This document shows positions 1-9,989 of a stretch of 20,000 nucleotides of DNA, piece after piece. The translations under genes and the position numbers were made by a program. A model generated the notes under the pieces. The model was given only the letters and a program-made list of their open reading frames with translations. It did not search any database and was not told where the DNA came from. The DNA comes from Vezdaea acicularis (Eukaryota). Position 1 is the first letter of the stretch. Every line of letters starts with the position of its first letter. The stretch lies in the NCBI GenBank assembly GCA_026025075.1, contig JAPEUI010000007.1, positions 245,830 through 265,829 on the forward strand, given 5' to 3'.

Positions 1-3000
1 GCAGCTCTTCGCAAGGACTACTATCCAAACCCAGAGTCCCTTGCTTTTTTGTTAAAAATTTTGACCTCTCATGAATCTCCACAGCTTCGACAGCTGGCTG
101 CAGTTGAAGCCCGAACACTCGTGGCCAAACACTGGGTCTCTATACCTGATGGAGCAAAACCAAACGTCCGAAGAACATTATTGGAATCAACTCTCGCCGA
201 GCAAGAATCTCTGGTGAGACACTCAGAAGCACGTGTCATTGCAGCAATCGCAAAAATCGATCTCGAGGATGGAGAATGGAGTGAGCTTCCTGGTATCCTC
301 TCCGCCGCGGCCAAGCACGATCAGGTGACACATAGGGAAACTGGAGTGTATATCCTCTTTACCTTGCTGGAAGTCATGGGCGACGGATTCGTGAGTCAGA
401 TGCATGACCTGTTTGTCCTATTCAACCATACCATTCAAGATCGAGAAAGTGCAGAGGTGCGGATCAACACTATGCTTGCTTTGAGTAGGATGGCTATGGT
501 GATAGATCCGGATGAAGACCCCACCTCTCTCAGCGAATTCCGCGAAATCCTTCCTAAGATGGTCCATGTTCTTGCGGAGGTAGTGAAAGCTGGAGATGAG
601 GACAAGGTTGTTCAAGCATTCGAGGTTTTCCAGACTGTCCTTGGTTGTGATTCTCAGCTGATCTCCAATATCTTCAAAGATCTGATTTCTCTTATGATGG
701 AAATGGCTTCATCGCTAGAGCTAGCAGAAGATTCTAGGTCGCAGGCTCTTTCGTTTCTGATGCAATGCGTCAAGTATCGAAAGCTCAAAGTCCAAGGTCT
801 CAGACTCGGAGAAACTCTAACTCTCAAGGCACTTCAAATTGTCACGGAGTTAGGAGACCTGAGAAATGACGAGGAAGATGCAACTCCTGCTAAAACTGCG
901 CTCGGATTACTCGACGTCCTTTCTCAAAGCTTACCACCAGCCCAGGTCATGGTTCCGTTGATGCTTGCCCTGCCGAAATACGTTAACAGCTCTGATCCTA
1001 ATTATCGTCGTGCTGGCATACTTTCTCTCGGATTCTGCGTCGAAGGTGCCCCAGACTTCATTGGGTCTCAGTTGAATGAGATCATGCCCCTTGTATTTCG
1101 ACTTCTACAAGATAATGATGTTAAAGTCCGGCAAGCCACCCTACATGCTTTTGCAAGGCTCGCAGAAGAAGTTGGGGAAGAGATGGCGAAAGAACATGAG
1201 ACACTTGTCCCGCTCCTCGTACAGAATCTAGAGGCAGTCATGACAACCGGTGGAGACAAGAAACACGAGGAGCAAAAGATTGATATCATGACCGGCGCTT
1301 GCAATGCTCTCGACTGTCTTCTTGATGGAATGGATGCTGATATCTCTGGAAAATATATAACTCGACTTGCTCCGCTCTTCACTCGTCTCTTCGATCACCC
1401 TGAATTCCGTGTGAAGGCCGCAGCCGTCGGTGCAATGGGCTCTCTGGCAGCATCAAGTGAGAAGAACTTTTTGCCCTACTTCGAAAAGACAGTTGAAGTT
1501 CTCTCTCCATATATCAACCTTAAAGAAAGTGTAGACGAGCTAGACCTGCGAGGTACGGTGACTGACGCCATGGGCCATATCGCTTCCGCTGTGGGACCCG
1601 AAGCTTTCCAAAAATACGTTTTACCTTTAATGGAAACGAGCGAACAGGCGCTGCAGCTTGGAAACCCGCAACTGAAGGAGACATCATTTATTCTGTGGAG
1701 CGGCCTTTCCAAAGTGTACAAAGATCAGTTTACGCCGTTTCTAGCTGGTGTATCGAAAGCGCTCTTCGAGAGCTTGAAGCAAGAGGAGACTGACCTCGAA
1801 GTAGAGCTTGGCCCTGAAGCCCAGGAACTGCTAGGTTCAGAGATCACAGTCGCAGGAAAGCGACTGAAGATTTCTAATTCAGAGGGAAACGACAGTCGTG
1901 CTATACTAAGCCGTGTGAACGGAAATGCCGATGAAGATGAGGTAATCGATGTTGAAGATCTAGATGATGATGATTCCGCCTGGGACGACCTCACAGCAGT
2001 CACAGCGGTCGCTATGGAGAAGGAGATCGCCCTTGAGGTCCTCGGAGACATCATTGGTGCTACACGGAAATCTTTCTTGCCATATATTCAGGAAACTGTC
2101 CAGATCGCTCTAGGCTTGACTGACCACTCCTATGAGGGCATTCGCAAATCCTCTATTGGTACTTTGTGGAGAGCCTATGCCGCTCTGTACGAAATAAGTG
2201 AGGAAGATGGACAGATGGCTAAGTGGGAACCTGGCTTACCTCTCGTGGCAAAGCCAACTGAAGATCTGAAGAAGCTGGGTGGTGTCATTCTGACAGCCAC
2301 AATTCCTATCTGGGAAGACGAAGTCGATAGGTGAGTTATTCGGGTTTCACAACTCACTTTGACATGATGACTACATTTCGTTATCCCAGCTCACTCAGAT
2401 ACACAATGTGTGAATGAAGCGAAAGCGAATCTGTTTCTGATCACAAGACTCTTTTGAAATCACTTCAAGCGTTCATGAGATAGTTTGACGTACTAATTTT
2501 GTCTCTAGAGCTGTTGTTACTGACATCAACCGCAATGTCTCTGCGACGCTTAAGCTCTGTGGGCCTGCAGTCATAAACGAAGCGAAAGCTCTTGACACTA
2601 TTGTAACCATTCTCATATCCATTTTGACAAAGAAACACCCATGCCAGCAGGATATGGGCGAAGAAGAAGAGGAACTTGAAGTGCAAGAATCATCTGAGTA
2701 TGACTGGCTTGTGGTGGATACCGCGATGGATGTAATGAGTGGACTTGCAATTGCCCTCGGGCCAACATTCGGGCGACTGTGGAAAGTTTTCGAGAAGACT
2801 ATCTTGGCTTATGCTGGTAGCTCTGAATCACTCGAGCGAAGCTCGGCTGTCGGCAACATTGCTGAATGTATATCTGGCATGGAATCTAGCGTGACGGAAT
2901 ACACGAAGGTGAGCCTAAGATTAAGCTCCCCAAATTGACTCTCTGACCTATCTAGACACTCCTCACCAACCTCATACACCGACTTGACGATGAGGAGGTG

Positions 3001-3523
3001 GAAGTCAAATCGAACGCTACATACGCAGTAGGTCTACTTTGTCAATACTCAACATCGGACACCCTTCTTCAACAAGCTTATCCGATAATCCTTACCAAAC
3101 TTGAACCGTTGCTGCACACAGAAAGTGCTCGTTTGCTTGACAATTCGGTTGGATGCGTTTCCCGAATGATCACAAAACATCCCTCGCGGGTGCCACTCGA
3201 TAATGTATTGCCAATCCTAGTAGGCGCAATGCCGCTCAAGGCTGACTATGACGAAAACGAACCTTTGTGGGACATGATCATTCAATTATGTTAGTGAAGT
3301 TTCCTGAAAATGACCCTACTGAATATGGGTTACGATTGGGTTTGTGTTTTTCTTATAGTGTGGCTAACAATATTTAGATCAAAAGTCCAATCCATACATT
3401 GAGTCGCAAACCTCAGCACTGATCCCAGTGATTGAACAAGTTCTCAAGGGGCCCGAGGAACAACTTGAAACCGAAACAAGAGAGAAGGTCGCCCAATTAC
3501 ACACATATCTACGAAGCAAGTGA
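1..3523 (+). CDS. KAP123: Importin beta-4 / karyopherin (HEAT/ARM repeat), 5' end outside window; exons <1-2330, 2509-2908, 2956-3289, 3378-3523
   Basis: Frame is open from base 1 (AALRKDYYPNPESL..., LRQLAAVEAR, importin-beta N-terminal type), with HEAT-like repeats and an acidic loop (DEDEVIDVEDLDDDD). Introns 2331-2508 (GTGAGT..TACTAAT..TAG), 2909-2955 (GTGAGC..CTGAC..TAG) and 3290-3377 (GTTAGT..GCTAAC..TAG) join in frame (EDEVDR/AVVTDINRN; EYTK/TLLTNL; IQLY/QKSNP) to TGA at 3521-3523. Confidence 0.9.
2359..2444 (+). ncRNA. snR71: Intronic box C/D snoRNA, snR71/SNORD29(U29)-type guide for LSU rRNA 2'-O-methylation
   Basis: Box C ATGATGA at 2364-2370, D' CAGA at 2396-2399, C'-like TGAATGA at 2411-2417, box D CTGA at 2437-2440, short terminal TGA/TCA pairing. 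Guide CCCAGCTCAC (2385-2394) is complementary to conserved LSU rRNA GUGAGCUGGG; the +5 rule points to the A equivalent to yeast Am2946. The host intron (178 nt) is much longer than the other introns here (47-88 nt). Confidence 0.85.
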
Positions 3524-4636
3524 TAATCTCATAGAAAACCCATTACATTCCTTACTTTTGGCTTCGGTCAAGCCTTGGACTGTGGGCATGAACTTGGGCC
3601 GTCACTCTCTTCGCTTGCTGGATAATGAGAACATGATTCACGGTATAGAGATGTAATGGCTGCTCCGCTTCCAAACTAAACATCAGATAATTTAGCATAG
3701 AGCAAATAAAAGCTACCCCCCCATAAAATCGCGTTCAAGATTGATCAATTTTCCAAGTCTTAAGATGCAAACATTCTTCCGGCACGAAATCAGGCAGCAG
3801 CCGAGACAAAACATGGTGTCAAGAAGAATATTTACATTCACCCAGTGACAATTATATGTGTTTCTCTAAATCCTCAAGTAGACTCGCTAGGATTCAAATT
3901 AGCCAGCACAGGGCAAGATTTGTAGTTGATACCAGAACGTTTTGTCAGTTGAATAGATATTAAAACGTCTACAAGCCTAAGCCGGTCTTCAAACCAGTCA
4001 TTGAACACTCAAACACCGCTTACGCTTATGGTAATAGTCAAAAAGATTATTAGCTAGGGAAGAATAAGCAATCTTACGATAGGATCCAAGACATAGTCGT
4101 AGAGTCATTTTCAGGGCAACTTCATAACTAGTAGTAGACAGCAGCCGCACACGTTAGATCGTCCGCCGAAAATAGTGTTCGAGCAAATGCCCCTCGAGGC
4201 ATATATAGGAAGACCTTTGCGTGGCAGTTTCATCCTCCGTTTCATATCTGGCCTTGTGGACAGAGTGCTATGACATATCTGCTGGATGTGCACCAAGCAA
4301 ACAGATCCTCCTATTAGATCGAGCATTTTCTGTGCGAAGCCACTACTACCTCATAGGAAAAATACCAGATGGTGCGACGTCAGAATTGGCTCAAGCACCT
4401 AAATGGTTGCGGGAGATATGTGGCGATCTCGCGAAAAGGGTTGAACCGAAACTGACGCTCGGGCATGGCCTATGATGAGCAGGACTCTGAAGTGAGCGCT
4501 TTTGGGATACTGTCATCGCACCGTGCTATTTGAGAAGAAAGATCCCCACAATGCGCAAGGGCACCAAACTTACAAGATTTTCCGGGGAATGGTTACGCGG
4601 CTCGTGTTGAATCGTCCCAGAATGTTACGGCTAGCT

Positions 4637-5464
4637 ATGATCGTTTTCAAGAGCTTGCTGATTTACGCTCTATGCTCTATATACTTTTCGGCATCAGCCT
4701 TACAGCCGCCAATACCCTATCATCAAGCCCGCGCTTTGCCCTTATACCCGCGCCAGAATAGCAGCAGCCAGAATAGCAGCAGTCCATGGCCCTCAGGTGT
4801 ACGTAGGCTCATCTAAAAGCCTGTATAACTCCTCCACTAATTCTCTAATCCCAAGGCCCTGAACTGCAGCGGCTTTCTTCCTGCGTATGATTACCCGCCC
4901 AACACTCAGCGCACCAACTTCAGCTCTCTTACAGCTTTCTGCGAGGAATACCTCATGTGTCAGAACAGCACTGCCACGCCAAGTTTGCTTACGCCACATA
5001 GACCCTTTACTTCTGCCGGGCTCTCTTGCGCATCGTGCGTATGCTTATCTCTAGATGATTATGCTCATGAACCCCACCCTGACGATCATAATTTGGAAGT
5101 ATCGGCAGGGTCGACCAGCTGTCCGTACGGCCCATTTCCAGCGGGTAGCACTGCAGCGGATTTTCGGGTCAACGAGCCGATCTGGAACGTATCATGCTTT
5201 CCAGATGTCAATATGGATATTTTCACATTGATTACCAATGTGTCAACATTCGACCCCGGAGAAGCAGTGCTTTGCAATTTGTGTCCTGGGGGTTATGGTC
5301 CTGATGAGGACTGTGTTAGGCAGCCGAATCCACTACCGACACCTTGTTGTTGGCCAGGGCAGCCATGTGCCAATGCCACAGGGGATGCGCAGTTCCCCGG
5401 AAATGGGACGTGGGGCTGGGAGGCAAATCCGCTGGGGTTTCCTATATTGAAACCGCTGCCGTAA
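4637..5464 (+). CDS. Predicted secreted, Cys-rich glycoprotein of unknown function (~256 aa); exons 4637-4798, 4856-5464
   Basis: Signal-peptide-like MIVFKSLLIYALCSIYFSASA. Intron 4799-4855 (GTACGT..CTAAT..AAG) joins ORFs 4502-4816 and 4955-5464 in frame. 14 Cys after the signal peptide and 9 N-x-S/T sequons. An alternative in-frame ATG lies at 4622. Confidence 0.72.
4753..4782 (+). repeat. Perfect 15-bp tandem duplication CCAGAATAGCAGCAG x2 (QNSSS QNSSS)
   Basis: Read directly; in frame within the secreted-protein gene, duplicating an N-glycosylation sequon. Confidence 0.9.
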
Positions 5465-5680
5465 TGAAAGATACCCAATTCATGACATGAATGAAAATAG
5501 TTGTCAACAAGGAGGCGTACCAAAGAGGGTTATGAGAACCTAGTCCTGGCGTCAGGGTTGGTTCATCTTGATGGTGGAATGGCGTATACTGGAGTTGATT
5601 GGAGTGCAGGAAAGATTTCCCGAGCGTTTTTTGAGACTATCAAGCTGTTGAGGCATTTGCATATTCCTTCTTCCGCCACG

Positions 5681-6607
5681 TTATACGTCTTCTTCCAGTG
5701 GCTTGATACCTCTGTGTATGGCCGCAACCCCCCCCGTTAAATCCTCCCATCCTCTGCCTCTGGAAAGTAGGAAGCCTGTCTTCGCAATTCTTTCGGCAAA
5801 TTCTGCCTGAGAGGGAAATCGATCGATGCTCTCAACTAGATACTGGTAGCTAGCACGGTCGCCAGCCACGAGCTGTCCGATCAGAGGAATGGCTCCGAAG
5901 CTCCACCTCTTATACAATGCGTTAAAAGCTGGATTGCCAACGTGTGAAAACTCGAGACAAGCAAATGTACCGCCCGGTTTCAATACTCGAAAAGCTGTTC
6001 TCAAGGATTTATCCAAATCGGCGAAGTTACGAATCCCAAAAGCGACCGTATACAGGTCAATGCTCGAGTCTTTCACCCCTTCTAGAGTCTCAGCATTGGC
6101 TTGTAAGAAGTTGAGCTCCTCAGTGCCGTACTCTAACGCTGTAGCGCGTTTCTGCCCTTCCGAAAGCATATCTGCATTGATATCTGCGACAGTAACCTTT
6201 GTTTTCAATGATAGGTTGACCTTCCGAGTGTGATTGAGAAGTCGAAAGGCAATATCTCCCGTGCCCCCCGCAACATCAAGGATATTATAAGATGATGATG
6301 ATGAAGAAGCGAGCGGCAGGATGGAACCAACAAAGTGGTCTTTCCACAATCGGTGAATGCCAAGGGACATAAGGTCATTCATCGTATCGTATGTGGATGC
6401 GACTGAGGAGAAGACAGCACCGACTTTAGCTTCTTTCTCGGAGAATGGGATCGTGGTAAAGCCAAATTGCGTTGTCCTTTGATTAGAATTGATTGCTTGG
6501 TCCTGAGGTCGGTTTCCTGAGCCTGAGAGATATCTACATGATGGCGCATTATATAAACATAGCCGTGTTCGAGCTGGCGAAGCTCTCCAAAGTGCTCTGG
6601 ATGTCAT
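5681..6607 (-). CDS. COQ5: Mitochondrial 2-methoxy-6-polyprenyl-1,4-benzoquinol C-methyltransferase (UbiE/COQ5 family), 308 aa, single exon
   Basis: Motifs VFSSVASTYDTMNDLMSLGIHRLWK, LDVAGGTGDIAF (SAM motif I), YTVAFGIRN, RVLKPGG and YQYLVESI; Arg/Ser-rich mitochondrial presequence. Confidence 0.96.
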   Translation of the reverse strand: MTSRALWRASPARTRLCLYNAPSCRYLSGSGNRPQDQAINSNQRTTQFGFTTIPFSEKEAKVGAVFSSVASTYDTMNDLMSLGIHRLWKDHFVGSILPLASSSSSSYNILDVAGGTGDIAFRLLNHTRKVNLSLKTKVTVADINADMLSEGQKRATALEYGTEELNFLQANAETLEGVKDSSIDLYTVAFGIRNFADLDKSLRTAFRVLKPGGTFACLEFSHVGNPAFNALYKRWSFGAIPLIGQLVAGDRASYQYLVESIDRFPSQAEFAERIAKTGFLLSRGRGWEDLTGGVAAIHRGIKPLEEDV

Positions 6608-6829
6608 CGTTATTTGATGGTTGACTTTTGAGTGCTGTTGTGATCACGGATAGGCCCCCCGGGGCCCGGTAGCTGGCAGGTGCCGAAGATACGGCGACGC
6701 ACGAAGCTCACAAATGCAATATTTTGAGCCGATTCTATCCGGGGCCTCCGATATCACGACCTCAAATATATGCTAAGACGCTGAGGATAGTGAAAGGCAT
6801 TGAGGGCGTCATGCACCTTCGATAGCATC
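6608..6829. promoter_or_regulatory. Compact bidirectional promoter region between COQ5 and E1-alpha
   Basis: Only 222 bp separate the two divergent ATGs; a GC-rich near-palindrome GGCCCCCCGGGGCC lies at 6653-6666. Confidence 0.55.
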
Positions 6830-8291
6830 ATGGCCCTTTGCAAGGAGCTTCATTATCTTCCGAAACGTATTCTACGCAGCCTTCAAACCACTCGACGACA
6901 TTCGAGATGCTTCAAGCGGTGGAGCTCGGTCTCTCAGAGACCGGGTTCAGACCGGTATACCTCCGCAAGACTTCCTTGAACCAAGCTGTGGCTAATAAAG
7001 CTAATTGATAGCGTTCACTTCCCAGGCGCTGTCGATAGCAAATTCACATCCAAGCTCGTGTTCCAGCGACCATCTGTGCATCCCGCTATAGAGACTTATC
7101 GGACGATGGACAGCAATGGCGCTATAGTCGACTTTGATAGAGAACCGAATGATATTAGTAAAGAAGAGGTAATCAAGCTTTATAAGGACATGCTCACAAT
7201 CAGTATCATGGATCTGATCATGTTTGATGCGCAACGACAAGGTCGTCTAAGCTTCTTTATGGTGTCCGCAGGTGAGGAGGGCATAGCTGTAGGCTCGGCA
7301 TCAGCCCTTGCTCCTGAGGACGTAATCTTCCTACAGTATCGTGAAGCTGGCGTCTTCCAACAACGTGGCTTCAAGCTTGAGGACTTTATGAGCCAACTTT
7401 TCGCGAACAGGAAAGACGCTGGTGTTGGAAGAAATATGCCAGTACATTACGGAAGCAGCAAGCTGAACATCGTAAACGACCCCTAAGCGCAAATTTAGGT
7501 TCTACTGCTGATTATTATTTTAGCATACAATATCTTCGCCATTAGCAACTCAGATCCCGCATGCTGCTGGTGCAGCTTATGCTCTGAAAATGCAAGCCCT
7601 CCAGGACCGGAGGAAACCCCCACGAGTTGTGGCTTGCTATTTTGGCGAAGGTGCTGCGAGCGAAGGAGATTTCCACGCCGCTTTGAACATTGCTGCTACT
7701 CGCTCTTGTCCTATCATCTTCATCTGTCGCAATAATGGCTTTGCGATATCCACGCCGACGCTGGACCAGTACCGCGGGGATGGCATTGCGAGTAGAGGTG
7801 TGGGTTACGGCATCGACACGATTCGAGTTGATGGTAACGACATCTGGGCTGTTCGTGAGGTTACAAAGCAAGCTCGTCGCATGGCTCTTGAAGACGGAGG
7901 TCGACCTATCTTAATCGAGGCGATGAGCTATCGGGTCAGTCACCATAGCACAAGCGATGATAGCTTTGCATACCGGGCGAAAGTCGAAGTTGAAGATTGG
8001 AAGCGTCGAGATAATCCTATAACGCGACTTCGCAAGTGGATGGAACTTAAAAGCATCTGGAGTGAAGAGGAAGAGCTCGATGCTAGGTCCTCTATCAGAA
8101 GGGACATCATGAAGGCCTTCTCAGCGGCGGAGAAAGAAAAGCGGCCTGCGCTGCGCAATATGTTCATGGATATTTACGCAGCGCCGACTGAAGAGAGTGA
8201 CGCACAAGTCAAGGAGCTCAGAAGAATATTACATGACTATCCGGACGAATACGATACACATGAGTTTGAAGGAGGGAAGACCGGTCTATGA
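6830..8291 (+). CDS. BCKDHA: 2-oxoisovalerate (branched-chain 2-oxoacid) dehydrogenase E1 alpha subunit, ~450 aa; exons 6830-6954, 7012-7471, 7524-8291
   Basis: Motifs AQRQGRLSFFM, QYREAG, GRNMPVHYGS, SSPLATQIPHA, TPP motif GEGAASEGDF...CRNN and loop YRVSHHSTSDDS. Introns 6955-7011 and 7472-7523 give in-frame joins (PGSDR/VHFPGA; KLNI/HTISSP). Basic mitochondrial presequence. Confidence 0.95.
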
Positions 8292-8589
8292 CAGCTTTAC
8301 TGTGATTCTATAGCCAAGGCGAACTCTGTGTGGTGGGCTATAAATCTAACTAAACACCTTCAACTATGATCCAGGCTTTCGACCAACCACGGCCTCATTA
8401 AAGACCAGCTTATGTGGGCGCTTTAAACACCAGATGCATTTTCTGCGCTCAAGTGTTAAAGATCCTTCTCTATCGAGTCAGCAGTAACGAACACCACCTG
8501 GTCTGCCAGCATTTTGCACTTCGAAACAACAAGTCTCCTTCCGATCCACAGAACTGAGTGGGGGTTGTTGAGATCGGTATCTAGTACCT

Positions 8590-9162
8590 TTAAGTCGGAA
8601 GTGGAGCGAAAATAGGAGTCGTTTTTTGACCGCTACTATTACTCTTGAGGGTGGTGTATATTGGAGAGGGACGGGGCAAATCCTCCTCTTCGTTACTGCT
8701 CAGTGCCGGTCCGTCGACGGCCGAAGGGCTACGAGCATCAAGCTTATCCTCCGCTGGCCGTTCGACGAAGTCTGCGTCTCGGCCGCTGATTTGTGATGCG
8801 TCTGTTCCATTTTCCGGAAATGCTGACAGATCATAATATAGATACCAATCATCTTCACCGTCGCCGCTCAGTGGCGGCCCGTTGACCCCTGAAGGACTGC
8901 GAACGCGTACGCGATCGTTTCCTCCTCCCTCCAGATATGAAAGTTCTTCAGGAGGTGAGGCTAATTCTGAGAGTTCGCTACCAGGGGAGATTAACTCTGA
9001 TATGCCGGGAGTGGAGCTAGGGCTAAGTGAAGTTAAGAATCCTTGGGCTGGAGTCGCGATTGCTGTAGGTACGCTGGTTGTCAAATATTGAACGGGGGTT
9101 GCAGATGCGAAGTGAGGGACGAATGCGAGAAGCGCGATGCATATTTGAGTAGATGGATACAT
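8590..9162 (-). CDS. Predicted small secreted acidic Ser/Pro-rich protein with internal repeat (190 aa)
   Basis: Signal-peptide-like MYPSTQICIALLAFVPHFASA; repeats RSPSGVNGPPLSGDGEDD / RSPSAVDGPALSSNEEED; TATA-like element upstream. The 3' end could be extended by unrecognised splicing. Confidence 0.62.
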   Translation of the reverse strand: MYPSTQICIALLAFVPHFASATPVQYLTTSVPTAIATPAQGFLTSLSPSSTPGISELISPGSELSELASPPEELSYLEGGGNDRVRVRSPSGVNGPPLSGDGEDDWYLYYDLSAFPENGTDASQISGRDADFVERPAEDKLDARSPSAVDGPALSSNEEEDLPRPSPIYTTLKSNSSGQKTTPIFAPLPT

Positions 9163-9256
9163 TTTGTATAGGAGGCACGGTTGAGGCGTAATTGAAAAGT
9201 TTTGTATTGGGAATGGCAGACGAGAATGAGCTTGTATTCAGTGCGGGGTGGCACTC

Positions 9257-9262
9257 TATATA
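9257..9262 (-). promoter_or_regulatory. TATA-like box for the 190-aa secreted-protein gene
   Basis: TATATA about 95 nt upstream of the ATG at 9162. Confidence 0.35.
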
Positions 9263-9989
9263 TGTGCCTTTGCTCAACCGAAAATAGGAAGTCCTTCTCG
9301 TCGCAAAAACACATGATCTCCCGAAAACATGAGAAGCTGTGACAAGCTTGTTGATATGTGAGACACGAGCTGTCCTCCTGGCAAATCCCTAAACCGTAAA
9401 GCTTCGGCTTTTCCTGACATTCTTGGAACCGGTCGAGAGTGCTGGACGCCTTGAAGGAATAGCGGCCCGAGCCAACTCCCCCGAGCCGGTGTCAGAAGCG
9501 TTGGGAGAATACAAAATCCAGTTTCAGTTTTCTTGGAGACGGCAGTTCCAAAGGCGTTTCATCCTGTTGCGCGATTATTGCCTCAACTCGGAAGGGTGGG
9601 GTTCGGTTAGGGGAACGCATTCATCCATCGCGATAGGACTTTTACCCGGACTTGGTCGCCGAGCCTAAATGCAGGTACGAGACTTTTGTCCAATTAAAGC
9701 GTTTGCGAAATAGCGGGACGGCTGCGGGTCGGAACCACGTGCTAGTTTGACATGCGACAATGCAAGTAGGAAATAGTCACGATGCAACTTAAAGTATCTT
9801 TAGACGTCAAACTACAGGGTCCCGGGACGCCGTCTGGCGGCGGAGGGATCCGAGGTAGCTTGCACGGCAACATTTCAAGCCCATCATTGAACCCGGGACG
9901 CTGATCAAGTCCACTTCTTGCCAGTTGTTTCCGTGATTTTGTCATGGATTCGTTTGATATTTGCCGAATATCTGTCCGGCCGCACCTCC

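Noticed and set aside
69..2686. Several minus-strand ORFs (60-109 aa) over the importin gene
   Set aside because: Antisense shadows of a well-supported coding frame; no independent motifs.
3432..3656. 74-aa plus-strand ORF
   Set aside because: Off-frame overlap of the last importin exon and 3' UTR; non-ATG start.
4111..4475. ORFs 4111-4326 (-) and 4221-4475 (+)
   Set aside because: Short, no recognisable motifs or splice support; likely intergenic.
6291..6309. (GAT)n/(GAA)n microsatellite giving poly-Ser in COQ5
   Set aside because: Ordinary in-frame low-complexity linker in a variable loop.
9300..9308. GTCGCAAAA, matching the Ndt80/MSE consensus
   Set aside because: A single short match is expected by chance, and it is not adjacent to the meiotic gene.
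9423..9945. ORFs 9423-9668 (+) and 9742-9945 (-)
   Set aside because: No motifs, signal peptides or convincing exon structure.
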